Source: Phaeosaccion multiseriatum
Lineage: Eukaryota > Protista > Ochrophyta, other classes
DNA length: 64,000 bases
Assembly: GCA_965112735.1 (NCBI GenBank)
Contig: OZ218955.1
Span: 124,001 to 188,000, forward strand
Direction: 5' to 3'
The notes beneath the pieces were generated by a model that saw nothing but the letters and a program-made list of their open reading frames with translations, was not told the origin of the DNA and searched no databases. Shown one piece after another: positions 51,054 to 63,174 of this stretch; within the stretch, counting starts at the first letter, position 1, and every line of letters begins with the position of its first letter. The position numbers and the translations under genes are program-made.

Positions 51054-51262
51054 GGCACCAGAAGGCACCAGAAGGCACCAGAAGGCACCAGAAGGCACCA
51101 GAAGGTACCAGAAGGTACCAGAAGGTACCAGAAGGGATCAGATTCACCAGAAGGCGTCAGAAGGCGTCAGAAGGCACCAGAAGGCACCAGAAGGCACCAG
51201 AAGGCACCAGAAGGCACCAGAAGGCACCAGAAGGGATCAGATTCACCAGAAGGCGTCAGAAG
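51054..51262. repeat. 10-bp tandem repeat (caccagaagg)n at the 3' end of epsilon-tubulin
   Basis: About 18 units in two higher-order blocks; the array overlaps the tubulin stop codon. Confidence 0.9.
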
Positions 51263-54062
51263 GCCGGCCGCAGCCTCGGTGGCATCTGATCGGGAGGACG
51301 CGGCGTGGCCGTCGCGAAGGCTTCGTAGTCCGAAATGAGCTCACTCAAGCTCTCACGGGCCTCGTCAAACACAGCCCCCTCCACGAAGTGCGTGTAGTGA
51401 TGCACCATGGCCTTGCGAGAGTAGAGCTTGTCGAAGCGAGAGCGCAAACCACGGAATGTGTCGCTGATGCAGCATGAGTTGGAGAGCGCGAGCAGGGAAG
51501 TGGGCACTCCGACGGCAGGGGTGCCGCACATGCCAATCTTGAAACCCTCGGTGTTCCAGTGGATGAGGTCGAGCTCGCCGCGAAGGCGGGCCACATTGGC
51601 GTTGATGTCGGACACACGCACGTTGCCGCGGAGAAGGAGAGCGCAGGCGAGGAAGCGGCCGCTGTTGGAGGAGGTGAGGCGCGTGAGGTGGTGAGGTGCG
51701 TGAGGTGGTGAGGTGCAGGGGAGGGAAGGGGGGTTGGGCGGGTTGGGCGGGTTGGTGACGAGGGTGGACAGAGTAGACGGCGGAGCGAGCAAAACACGGG
51801 TGGGTGTGGTGATGAAGTTGAGGGTAGAGGAGACAGGTGGGAGGAGGAGGAGGAGGAGGATATGCCTCTGTGTGCCTCTGTTTACCCGTATGCCTCTCTC
51901 GTACCTCTTGGGATCTGCCTGCACAAGCTGGTGCGACGCTGCGAAACCGTCGCTGAACATTTGCCGCACACTCCGCATCTCCCGCCCTGCCCCCGCCCCT
52001 CCCCATCCGCTGCCATCCCCCCCCGAGCCTCTGCGCCCCCCTCGAGCGGCGCTGCCCTGCGGACAGACGCAGCGAGAGACGAGAAGAGAAGAGAGAGGTG
52101 GGGCAAGCACATGTGGTGCGTGTGGGTGTGTGAGTGTGAGTGTGAGTGTGAGTGTGAGTGTGAGTGTGAGTGTGTCGCACACACGCCAGAGAAAAGAAAA
52201 GAAGACTTGGAAGGGCGAATGTGGGGGGGAGGGAAGGAGACTTGCTTGAAACAGCGAAAGTGGGAGGAGGGGGAGGAGGGGGAGGGTTGTCAGGGCGAAG
52301 AGGGCGTCATCACACGTGTGCACACAAGAGAGTAACCGTAAAAGGCGTATCGCGCACAATGGCGCGACAGAGTGACAGAGTGCTGAGTGACAAATGATTG
52401 ATAGCGACAAAAGAAAAACAACGAACAACGAACCAGCGGGGCATGCATGTGGGTTACTGAGCTGCCCCACCAATCTTATCTTACCACCTACCTGATTCGA
52501 GGCTAGGGGCGGCAGCGGACTGAGTCCCGACACCAAGTAGTGCATACGCGGGAAGGGCACGAGGTTGGTGGTGATTTCGTTGAGGTCCACATTCAGCTCT
52601 CCAGGGAAGCGCATCGACGCCGTCAGGTCAGTGAGCAGCGAGGCCACAAGACCGTTCATGGCATCGAAGCCCTCCTCCTTCTGCCGCTGCTGTTGCTTCT
52701 GCCCCACGCCCCTCTCCTTCTGCCTCCGGTCATCATCACTTCCCACCCCCGCTCCCACTCCCCCCCTCTGGCGGGTCGGGAGGGTCTCCGAGTCTGCTCT
52801 GGCCACAAGGTCGATCAGGGAGGCGTTGTCCACGGGCAGCACGCAGTCGGCGTGGTCAGTGAGCTCCTTGAGGGCAAGCAGGCTGTTGTAAGGGCTTGTG
52901 ATGACGTCATCGTCCTCGGAGGGAAACACCACCGTGCTGAATCTGGGGGGGGGGGGGGGGGCAAGACACACGCACAAAGCATAGCACGGGGGTGGATGCA
53001 GGTGGGTAAGTGGGTGGTTGGGTAGCTTGTCTTCAGATCTGCTTTCACCGACGAGAGATAGAAAAGAGAGGGAGAGGTACAGATCAGAAAGTAGTGGGAA
53101 GAGAGAGAAAGGAAAATAGAAAGGGGTAGAGAGAGACTGGGGGAAGGAGAGAGGGAGAGAAAGGGGGAAGGAGAGAGAGGGTGAGAAGGAGAGAAGGAGA
53201 GCAAGGGAGAAAGGGGGACGGACAGAGAAAGGGAGAACGAGAGAGAGGGAGAGTAAGAGAAGATAAAAGAAAGGAGGCTGGGTAGACACGTGCCTTTCAG
53301 CCCCGCGTGTGCCACTCACTCACTCACGCACGCACCTGTAGACGTTGGGGTACTCGTCCTCGAGCATGGAGAGTATGTACGTGCCCAGGCCACTGCCCGT
53401 GCCACCCCCCATGGAGTGCATGAGGAAGAAGCTCTGCAGGCTTTCGCACTTCTCGGCCGCCTGACGGGACACCTCCAGCAGCTCGTCTCTGAGGGGGGGG
53501 AGGGAGGGAGGGATGGAGAGAAGAGAGAAGAGATAAGAGTGGCTCGTATATAGGCAGGGGGAGAGGATGGAAAAGAGATAACCCGGGCAGCCGCGAGAAA
53601 GAGGGGCCTTGGAGCGGTGTGGCCCGGAAAATGCCCGCCTCTCCCTCTCTCTCTCTCTCTCCCTCTCCAGAATGCACACTCTCACCTATACTTGGGCCCG
53701 TACATGGCGTAGCCGTGCGCCCAATTGTTTCCCGCCCCGGAGACGTCCGTGACGAGCTGCCGGTGATTGAACAAGTCCCCCAGTGGCCCACTCAGGGTCT
53801 GATTCACAGGGCCGTCGTCCATGTCCACCAGGACGGCCCGCGCCCTCAGATTGGAGATGGGAGTAGTGCCGTCTCCGATGGGGATGTCGCGGTCGTCGTC
53901 TCGGTAGCGAGCGTCCACGTTCCGGAAGAAGCTGCTCATGCATTCGTCGAAGCAGCCGCTGCTGTTGCTCGCGGCGTGCTCGGCCAGGGCCTTCTCCCAG
54001 AAGCGGCGTCCGATCTGATTGCCGCATTGCCCGACCTGCACCGTGATGAGCTCGCGAGGCAT
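51256..54062 (-). CDS. TUBE1: Epsilon-tubulin, 5 exons
   Basis: MPRELITVQVGQCGNQIGRRFWEKALAEH; DVSGAGNNWAHG; HSMGGGTGSGLG; FPSEDDDVITSPYNS; LNVDLNEITTNLVPFPRMHY; WNTEGFKIG. Exons 54062-53686, 53488-53336, 52942-52492, 52056-51905, 51661-51256. Confidence 0.97.
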
Positions 54063-54362
54063 GGTCCCTCCCCCCTTCCCCTCCTCATCAGCGAGACCGA
54101 TAGAGTCGATGCATGTAACAAGGCGATTCGCCCAGCTCGGGGGGGCCGGATCCGATCCAAAGCTCTTCGTAAGCTAACAAAATCGACGTTTCAAATGATC
54201 TCGGGGGTCGGCGAAAGACCAAACTCATTCCATAGGGAGAACAGAGCAATATGCAGAGAGGGACGGCGGGGGGAGGCCTGGAAGGCCAACAGCGTGGACC
54301 GTGCTGCCAGCGCTTAAGGCCTTAAGCTGGGGGATTGGCTGCCCCTCCTGCTGCTTCTCAGC

Positions 54363-56408
54363 ATGGGGGCCTTCGCCTCAAGGAAGGACAATTACACGTT
54401 CGAGTACGCCACCCTGACAGCAGAGGAGTCGGGAGATACCCACCTGGTCGACCCGCTAGTGGTGTCGGTAGCGGGCAAGGGCGCCAAGGCTGAACGATCC
54501 GAGGAGGGAGGGCGAACGTCCATGAGCTCCATCAATGGGAGCTTCTCGGAGACGACAACTCTTACCAGTCCACTGCAAAGAGCAATGTCTTCAAAGAAGG
54601 TGGTACCTGTGTGCCATGCGACCAAGAACACTCCAAGATCAAGTGCCAGCGGAGCAGCTGCTGTTGGTGGCAAGAAGAAGAGCATACGTGGAAATAGCCA
54701 TAGCGAGCCCGCGGTGCAGATGGGGGACGCGGTCGACGGTCTTGCCTCGACAGGTGGCAAGAAGAAGAGGTCTCCTTCGGCAGATCACCGCGGCGCCCAG
54801 GCAAGAGAGAGATTCAAGAGGGTCGCTCGAGCGACGAAAGCCGTGCATGCCCTCGAATCCAGCCCGAGCAAGGGGCAGAAAAGAACGCGGGTGGAGCGGC
54901 CCAACACCACCAGCCAGGTTGGGTGGATTAGCACAGACTTGATTATCGGACCCGCCTCGGACATGCGCCGTTTCGAGTGCAAGCTTGTGGTAGGGACGGG
55001 GCTCATGGGAACCATCCGACTCGCCAAGATTAAGGCGGATGGGAAGTACTGCGCTCTCAAGTGCGTGAGGAAGGACTACGTGACCAAGCACAACGCCGTG
55101 CGGCACCTCACGCGAGAGAAGGAGACACTCGCCATGTTGGAGCACCCCTTCGTCATTGACTTCTTCGGCACCTTCCAGCAGCCGCGCTGGCTCGTCTTTG
55201 TTGTCGAGTTCGTGCCTGGCGGGGAGCTTTTCCGCCGCCTCACCAAGACAAAGGGCTTCAGTCCAGACAGCGCCAAGTTCTATGCTGCAGAGGTGTTCTC
55301 AGCGCTTGAGTACATCCACTCCAAGGGCCTGGTGTTCAGGGACCTCAAGCCCGAGAACATCCTCATCGACGAGTTCGGACACGTCAAGCTCTGCGACTTC
55401 GGCTTCTGCACCTCGGTAGGTAAAAGGAATTGCGTGTGTGTGCGTGTGTGTGCGTGTGTGTACGTGCCTGTGTGTGTGCGTACGTGTGTGCGTGCGTGCT
55501 TGCGTGCTTGCGTGCGTGTGTATCTCTCTGGCAGAACCAAGTCCAACCTCTGAGTGTGAGCAGTCCAAACCAAGCTCATGCCGTGCGTGCCGCCCACTCA
55601 CTCGCTCGCTTGTGCTTCCCTCCTCACGCCATGCCCTGTCTACGCAGCCAGGAAAGGATGGCAAATGCCGCAGCAATGTCGGCACTCCCTGTTACCTCAG
55701 CCCAGAGCAGCTCAATAGCCATCGTACTGACGGGTATCAGGCCTGTCTGGTAGATTGGTGGGCCTTTGGATGTTTAGTGTACGAGTTGGTGTGCGGGAGG
55801 ACTCCGTTTGAGTCTACGGAGGGGCGCCACACAGGAGACGAGTCGCGTTATGAGATTTACTTAAGGGTGCTCAAGGGGAAGATCACCTGGCCGGTGCAGG
55901 TAAGGGAGGGAGAGAAAAGAGGGTGGAGGGAGAGGGAGAGGGAGAGGGAGAGGAGAGAGGAGGGGCGAGGGGGAGGGGAAGAGGGAGAGGGAGGAGGGGG
56001 CAGAGGACAGAGAACAGAAAACAAGAGGAGAGAGGAGAGAGGGACCTCTTGTAGGTATACATACCAAGCAAACTGCCCCATGGCAACACCAAACACCCCT
56101 ACCCCCTCCAATCCCTCAACTCACCCCCCTCCTTCACCTGTCAGGCCCCCTCCGCCCTGAAGGCGGTGGTGAGCCAACTGCTGAACCCCAAGGTGGACAA
56201 ACGGCTGTTCGGAGCAGATAAGGTGAAGCGTTGCGCCTGGCTGGAGGGAGTAGCCTGGGAGAGGGTGCTGAAGCGAGAGCTGCGACCTCCGTGGTCTCCC
56301 GAGCTGCAGGGGGCGGGGGACTGCTCTCACTTCGCGGAGCACAGCGACACTCTGGACAAGGACATTGACGTTGCCAGCATCGATAACTCGCTCTTCCTGG
56401 GCTTTTGA
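54363..56408 (+). CDS. AGC-group, PKA-catalytic-like Ser/Thr kinase, 3 exons
   Basis: GTGLMG, ALK, FVPGGELF, FRDLKPENILID, LCDFG, GTPCYLSPE, VDWWAFG, PPWSP..GDCSHF, terminal FLGF*; N-terminus MGAFAS. Confidence 0.92.
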
Positions 56409-57087
56409 AGCGAGTGCCAGTTTCAGTGTGCTAGAATGGGCATGGCGTAGAGGAGAGAAGAGAGGAGACTCTCGTCTCAGCGAAGGAATGGAGGACGGAG
56501 ACTCAGCCAGAAGAGAAGAGAAGAGAAGGTCTGAGCTCTCCTCACGGATGAAGAGGGCGCGAAGGGCGTGCATGGGCTGCGAAGGACACAAGTGAACTGC
56601 CCCGTCGTGGACAAAGAGGAAGAGGAGAGAGGCAGAGAGGAGCTCGATGGGCCCCAAAGGCGGATCACAAGCAAGCTCGCCTTTCTTCACACTCTGTTCA
56701 ATGAATCAACAGTCGGTACGCTTCCTCCTCTCTCTCCAAGAGGGGTCCTCTCTCCCCAAGAGGGGTGATGGATGGCAAAACTCCGACCTCTTCGCTCGCC
56801 TTAAGCGCGCTAAGCCCACCAAGGCCGTTGGAGGGAGATACAGTGGTGAGGTGCCCCTGCTCTGCTGCTCTGCTGCTCTGCCTGCCGCAGCGGCGCTGAG
56901 CGGCGAATCGTGGCGGACGGGAGAGGTGAGGTGGTGCCCGAGGGCGCGATGGATCGACGGAAGGAAGGCCTACTTACCATACAACCCTATTATGATACGA
57001 AACGAAGCGATATTTAATTCATCAGAGCAACGAGGCGGGCTTTGTGGCGTGTGATCTCGTTTCTTTGGCCTTGGTGCCTTTGTAGAG

Positions 57088-57197
57088 TCGACCCCTGACA
57101 CACTATCGCCCACATTCTCGATAGCGCGCTATCGGCCCCCGGGGGGGCCGATAGCGCGCTATCGATAGCGGATAGCGGATAGTGTGTCAGGGGTCGA
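57088..57197. mobile_element. 110-bp MITE-like element with 20-bp TIRs and a flanking 6-bp direct repeat
   Basis: tcgacccctgacacactatc (57088-57107) and gatagtgtgtcaggggtcga (57178-57197); GTAGAG at 57082-57087 and 57198-57203. Confidence 0.65.
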
Positions 57198-57783
57198 GTA
57201 GAGCAGTGTTATATGCCTGCCCCTTTCCCTGTCCATATGCCTGCCCCTTTCCCTGTCCATATGCCTGCCCCTTTCCCTGTCCATATGCCTGTATGCCTGC
57301 CCCTGCCCCTGCCCGTCCCCACATGTGCGCCTCTCTGCTGCACAAGGTATGGTATGTACACTCCTCGCCTCCTCCGTTGCTCTCTTAGTTCTCTGCCTCC
57401 CGAAAATAGTCCCAAATACAGTATCAACTTGCGTGTGTGCGTGTGTGCGTGTGTGTGTGTGCGCGCGTGTGTGAGTGCGTGTGTGTGTGCGCGCGTGTCC
57501 AAGGCCTGGAGATATACTCCGTCTCCTCTGCCCCTTAGCGCACCCCCCTTCAAAGTGCACTGATCCATGCCCCACCCGCCCGTCCTGGTGGTCCCGACAC
57601 CCCCCGTGAGACAGCCCACCCCCCTCTCAGCTGCGAGGCCAGAGGCCGAGGGAGGCAGCAGGAGCCAGCGAGTTGGCAATCTACCCACCCACTCACCCAC
57701 CCACCAACCCATGCACCCCCCCTGTCCTCTGCTTCGCTCCTGCAATGCCATCCTCCGGTGGCTCCTGACACGCAGCAGCCCGC

Positions 57784-57918
57784 CTACACAGGGCCCAACG
57801 CCGTCCTGACACCCTCTGGCCATGCGATTTTCACCACCTCCGTGCCGATGGCCCGCTGCACATCCAGCATCGCTTGGGCGATGTCCATGAGAGCGCTCTC
57901 TCTCACTGACATAGCGGG

Positions 57919-57954
<36 letters not shown>

Positions 57955-59398
57955 CATATGGGTAGGCAAACAAATGAGTGGGGGTTAGCAGGCCGTGTGA
58001 GCAGCAGCGCAGAAGCTCGCTAGAGCGACAGGGCTCCAGTCCATCCTCTCCTTCCAGCGCCTATTCCCTATCTCACACTACTCTACGTGGAATCTCGCAC
58101 CACTCTACATGCTAATGCTAAGTAGAAGTATCACACTAAGTCACTACTCACGTGGGTGGAGCACCATGTGCTTTCTGTAGCTCACAAAGCCCAACCCCTC
58201 GAAGAGTTTGCGCATGCCCTCGACGAGGTATACATTGGATGAGAAGTAGTGGTTGCTCTGCTTCAGTACCCGCCTGCGCTCGTCCTGAGGCTTCGTGAGG
58301 ATGGCGTTGAGGTACTTCATTCCGTAGCTGACGTCGAGTCCTTCATGGCGCTGCACGGACTGGCGGATGAGAGACACGGCCTCGCTGATCTTGTCGTGAT
58401 TGGGCAGCGGAGATACCACTTGCGACAGATCGACCTCCGCAGAGGCATCGGCGCCCGCAGCAGCGGCAGACCCAGCGGCATGAGGAACAGCAGCATCCGC
58501 AGGAGGAGCAGCCGTAGCGGCAGACGGAGGTGGAGGAGCAGCAGCCGGGACAGCATGAGTGGCGACGTGGCAAGTGTCCGTGGCCTGATGGGCCTTGTGC
58601 GGGATGAGCACCATTGATGACCCCTGCAGAAGGGGGTACAAGGGGGAAGTACACGAGCAGGAAGAGGGGAGGAAGAGGGGGGGAAAGGGGGTGGGGGGGC
58701 AGCTTCTTCGGCCTGCTGTCCAAAGTGATGTGTGTTCCGAAAGACAGAGGCGACCAAGCCCTTCACAACGCTCTCCTTCCTCACTGACTCTCACCTTGTG
58801 GGCGCAGCAAAACTTCGGCTCGTCGCCGGGAAAGCCATAGGAGGGTTTCTGCCGGGGAGCAAGCAGCTTAACGTCAAATATGAAACACATGTGTAGTCCT
58901 TGTTGGATGTCTCACCTTGGTGCAGCCACGGTGGACGCAGTGAGGCCCTCCCCCGTGGTGGACTGAGCGATTGGAGTCGAGGTGGGGTGCGTAGTCGAGG
59001 CCTTTTGGCACGTGGTCTAGACTTGCTCTGATATCTCCCTTTTCGGCCTTCAAGTACTCTTGTCCTGATGAAGGGGGAGGGGGGGCAGCACATTAAGCGA
59101 CTTGCTTGAAGTTCGTAACAGGGCGGCCGGCCGGGTCAGAAATAAGCGCCAGCAGCTCATACGCGCAGGCCCACGACAAGACAGATTGATAAAACCTATG
59201 ACTCTCCCTTCCACGACCAAAAGCAGGGCATTGGCCTACAAGCCTGCTTCCAATCAGGAAGTGTGGTGCCCCGACGCTCGAGTCTTTATTCTTTCTCTCC
59301 GCACCTGCTCTCTTGTGCGCTCCACAGTAGCTCCGTACCCCTTGTGAAGCCCAGCCATAGCTCGCTGCCTTCTCGCATCCGAGCTTCTTGCACTTCAT
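57784..59398 (-). CDS. Protein with two EsV-1-7-like Cys-rich repeats and a C-terminal PUB domain, 5 exons
   Basis: Exons 59398-59305, 59064-58916, 58848-58795, 58623-58152 and 57905-57784 join in frame. Repeats: CKKLGCEKAASYG..YCGAHK and CVHRGCTKKPSYGFPGDEPKFCCAHK..MV. PUB-like: KYLNAILTKPQDERRRVLKQSNHYF..GMRKLFEGLGF. Confidence 0.85.
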
Positions 59399-59717
59399 TG
59401 TTTTTTTATCCCTATGAAGAGCCGGTGTGGGAGGAGCAGGCACCTTCGCGTGTTGGTGCTCCGATATTTTTTTGAATTCACAGGGCGTTTTGGCTTCGGC
59501 TTTCTGGAACGATTACCCTCAATCAATGGGGATAGCAGCCGACGAGATGGAGGGAGGGGTAGGGTGTGTGGATAGCTTGGAGGGAAAGGTTCAGCCGTAG
59601 GGTGTGTGGCGGTTGGTCCATCGAGTATTAGAAGAAAAGGGGAGAAAAAAAAAAAGCCTTGCGTGGGTGGTAGGTCTTGCAGTTCTTTCAATTCTCTTTG
59701 GATCTTCTTTGTGGACA

Positions 59718-62057
59718 ATGGTGGCGATCCTTCGTCCCCCAGCAGGCGGCAGCTGTGCAGGCAGAGAGCGCTTGTCGATTGACCATCATCACGCGTTGCT
59801 GGCTCCTTCCCTTGCGATTTTCGAGAAAGAGAGACAAGAAGCGCTGGAAAAGAAAATTCAGGACAGCAGATACGCGACGTCCGTGTTCAAGCTCGTGCTC
59901 GAGGAGAACGAGGAGCAGGAGAGGTGGGCCGCGAGGAGAAGGAGGAAGGGCCTCAAAGGCTCTCTCTACGACCCGGCCATCCCCAGCCCTCCTCCTGAAA
60001 CGGCATCACCAACTACTGCGCCGTGCTTGGGTGTCCTTTCTCAACCGATAAACGGGGCCACCAACGCCACGAAGAGGGCAAGTGGCACGGATAGATTCAA
60101 AGGTAGAAACAGCGCTGGGAGCATTAGGAATGGCAGGAGTGGTAGTGGTGGCAGCGGTAGCCATGGGGGTTGGGAGGGAGACAGGGCTTGTGAGAAGAGT
60201 CTGAATCAGGAAGCAGCGTCGCCGCGGTTGCCAGGACCCATCTCAGCTGTGTACGACGGGGGAGGGGGGGGAAGGAACCAAAAGCAGCTCCGAGGCGGGG
60301 AGGGTAGACCTTCCACCTCGCCCTCGAGGGTCGGAGGAGGCAGGAACAATAGGCCGTCACTCAGGAGTGCGCAAGAGTGGGAGGGAAACAAGCCCACAGC
60401 CAATCAGCACAGAGCGCAAACAGCGCCCTCGCAGGTCAGGGGCAGGGGCGGCGTCTCTGCGGGAGGGCTGTGCCAAAGTGGGAACGAGGGTCGGCGAGTA
60501 AGCAGCGGCCGCTGCAGTAGCAGTAGTAGTGGTAGCAGGAAGAGGGCGGGGGGGGCTCTGTCGGGCTCGAGGCCTGCAACGAGCAGCTCGGGTAGGCAGC
60601 GTCCATTCTCCTCGCAGAGCTTGCTCAGCGGCACTGGCAGCAGTAAGGCCAGCAGTGGGCCTGGCAGCATCAGCAAGAAGGCAGCCGCGAGGGCAGCGAG
60701 GGCGGAGGCCGCACAGATCCACCAAGCGGTCGTGAAGCACATCGTCGGCACCATGCGAGTCGGGGGGGGAGACTCATGTGTGGGCAGCTGCGTGACCAAG
60801 GCGAGCCTGCCCCCGGATATGCTGGAGGAGGTGGAGGAGGAGGAGCGCCTCGTCGGGTGTATGAGGGACTCGCTGCAGGCTGGGCAGGAGATGATGATTC
60901 TCAAGGACGCAGCCTCCTCCGCCGACTGCAAGGACCCGGGGCAAGCCGCTCTGGGCGTGGGGCGCTTACTGGTCTCGCTGCATCAGTATCAGGAGGCCCT
61001 GCACTACCTCAGGCTGGCCACTCGACCCACTCCAGTCCATAGGTTGAGTTTGCTCACACCGGAAGAGGTGAAGGAGCAAGAGATTCTCAGGCGAAAGCTG
61101 CTGGTCATGAACGAGAGGGCGAGGGAGGAGTTGCTGGCCAAGCTGGAAGTGGAGAAGGAGCTTCGGGAGAGGAAGCGCAGGAGGAGGGAGAAGCAGCGGA
61201 TCAAGGGGGCACGCACGGGGCTGTACTGCGTGCTCATGGCTCTGAAGCAGCCGGAGCGAGCATCGGAGGAGGTACGTGAGCGCTTGGGCCTATGCGATGC
61301 TGTGACAGGGAGCGTAGTGCCTCCGGGGCCTTGTGCTCACGGAGGGGGGCGTGCTGATGGTGGTGGTGGTGGTGATAGTGGGGCTAAGGAGGAGGAGAAG
61401 GAGGAGGGGGGGGGAGAGAGGGGAGAGGAGGAGAAGGAGGAGCAGGGGAAAGAGGAGGAGGGAGGGGGAGATAAGTATGGGGAGAAGGAGGAGGAGGAGG
61501 AGGAGGAGGAGGAGGAGGAGGAGGAGGATGACGAAGAGGAGGGGGAGGAGCAGGAGGACTGTGCACCGTCAGTGGAGCAGCTGATGGAGGGTGGTGGGCA
61601 AGCACTGACCGAGGAACGAGCCAGGCAAGGGGAAGGAGAACAAGGAGACGAAAGCCAAACACAAGAGAAGGGACAGGAGAAGCCAGAGCTGCAGCAGGAG
61701 GAGCACGAGGCACAGAGAGGGGTTTCTTCTCTCGAGGAGAGCGGCGACTCTGTGAGCAGTAGCGGTGACAGCATTAGTCCTAGCAGGGCCAGCAGCGCCA
61801 GTAGGGCGAGTGGCACAAGTTGCAGTCGGAGCGGCAGTGCGAGTAGCGGCAGTGACGACGGCGGAGGGCCGGACCAAGAGCGCAGGGAGCTCCTCGTGCG
61901 GCTGCAGAGGCTGCTGCTCGCCGTGCAGGACTACCTCGTGGAGGAGGGTATCACCAACTCAGGTATCTGGCTCACAGAGTGCGGAGGGGTGCTTGTGGAC
62001 CTGCACTTGGAGATTGTGGACGAGCTGCTGCTGCACACACCCAACAGCATAGGTGAG

Positions 62058-62103
<46 letters not shown>

Positions 62104-62186
62104 AGTGGGGGGTGGGGGAGTGCGTGGGCGCGTGGGTGTGGGAGGGAGGCACTGCGAAACAGGCGCGGAGCAAGCAGACACACACG

Positions 62187-62226
<40 letters not shown>

Positions 62227-62902
62227 CAGATTGGATCTGTTCTATTTATGAAAGCGGCCCATTGCTCGCTGCGGGGGGGGGGGGGGCGTGAGCGGTACTG
62301 CCGTTTTGTCATGGACTGCTCCTCCTCGCATATCCTATTACTCCTCCTCTTCCGTCTTGTTCTTGGTCTTTGAGTTCGCCCCCTTTGTCTCTTCTACTTT
62401 CCCTTCTCTCGTCCGTTGACGTCTGCTGCACCTGCCCCGCCCTCCAGCCTGGATGCAAGCCAAGGCCGGCTGCCACATGCGCAAGCGCCAGTTCGGGCCC
62501 TGTCAAGAGGTGCTGTACAACCAACTGGTGCACCTGGACCCCGTGCCCCCCCCGGTCATCGCCATGTACATTCGTGCCATCGAACGTGCGCGTGTGCGGC
62601 GTGACTCGGCCGGCTTCCCTCTCTCACAGAGCGTGGACTGCGCCTCGCACTGGAGCGTGCAAGTGGAGCGGGATGCCGCGAACCGCCGAGCCGTGCGGGA
62701 CACTTCCATGTTCAACGGATGCCACATGGGTGGCGAAACCCTCATCATGAGCCGGCCGCTGACGGGCTGGCTCGACGACAAGGGCTTCCTGAATAGGGTG
62801 GCTCGCTCGCGCATGCCGCGCAATGTCCGTACTGACATGGGAAACACGATCCGGATGCTCGGCCACCGCGTGCAGAACAAGGGGAAGCTCATCAAGGGGT
62901 AG
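59718..62902 (+). CDS. Hypothetical helical/TPR-like and coiled-coil protein, 2 exons
   Basis: Long open exon 59718-62052, phase-1 splice to 62448-62902. TPR-like segments ALGVGRLLVSLHQYQEALHYLRLA and PNSIAWMQAKAGCHMRKRQF. Confidence 0.7.
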
Positions 62903-63174
62903 CACGGAGAAAAGCGTTGTGTGCCTTTCTTTGCCTGCCCTGCCGCTTGTTTGCCCCTCTTTTGTATGCTTTTGTGCCGCAGTGGTTTGGCCGGCACACC
63001 CCCCGCCCACCCTAAAAGAGAACAAATAAAAGACTCTTGCACACAGGCGCTCCCGCTCCTGCTCTACTGCCGCTCTACTGCCGCCACTCTCTCCCCTCAT
63101 CCGGACACGCTGATTCGCAAAGCATCGCCAGTGATCCCTGTCACTGCATCGCTGCCACTGACCACTGTCATGTG

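Noticed and set aside
52670-52800. Low-complexity insertion in epsilon-tubulin
   Set aside because: Epsilon-tubulins commonly carry a variable insertion at this position.
59655-59718. Minus-strand peptide LSTKKIQRELKELQDLPPTQG resembling an E2 ubiquitin-conjugating enzyme N-terminus
   Set aside because: No ATG, no downstream E2 core (HPN/Cys) exons, and it sits in a 320-bp divergent promoter; chance or a tiny relic.
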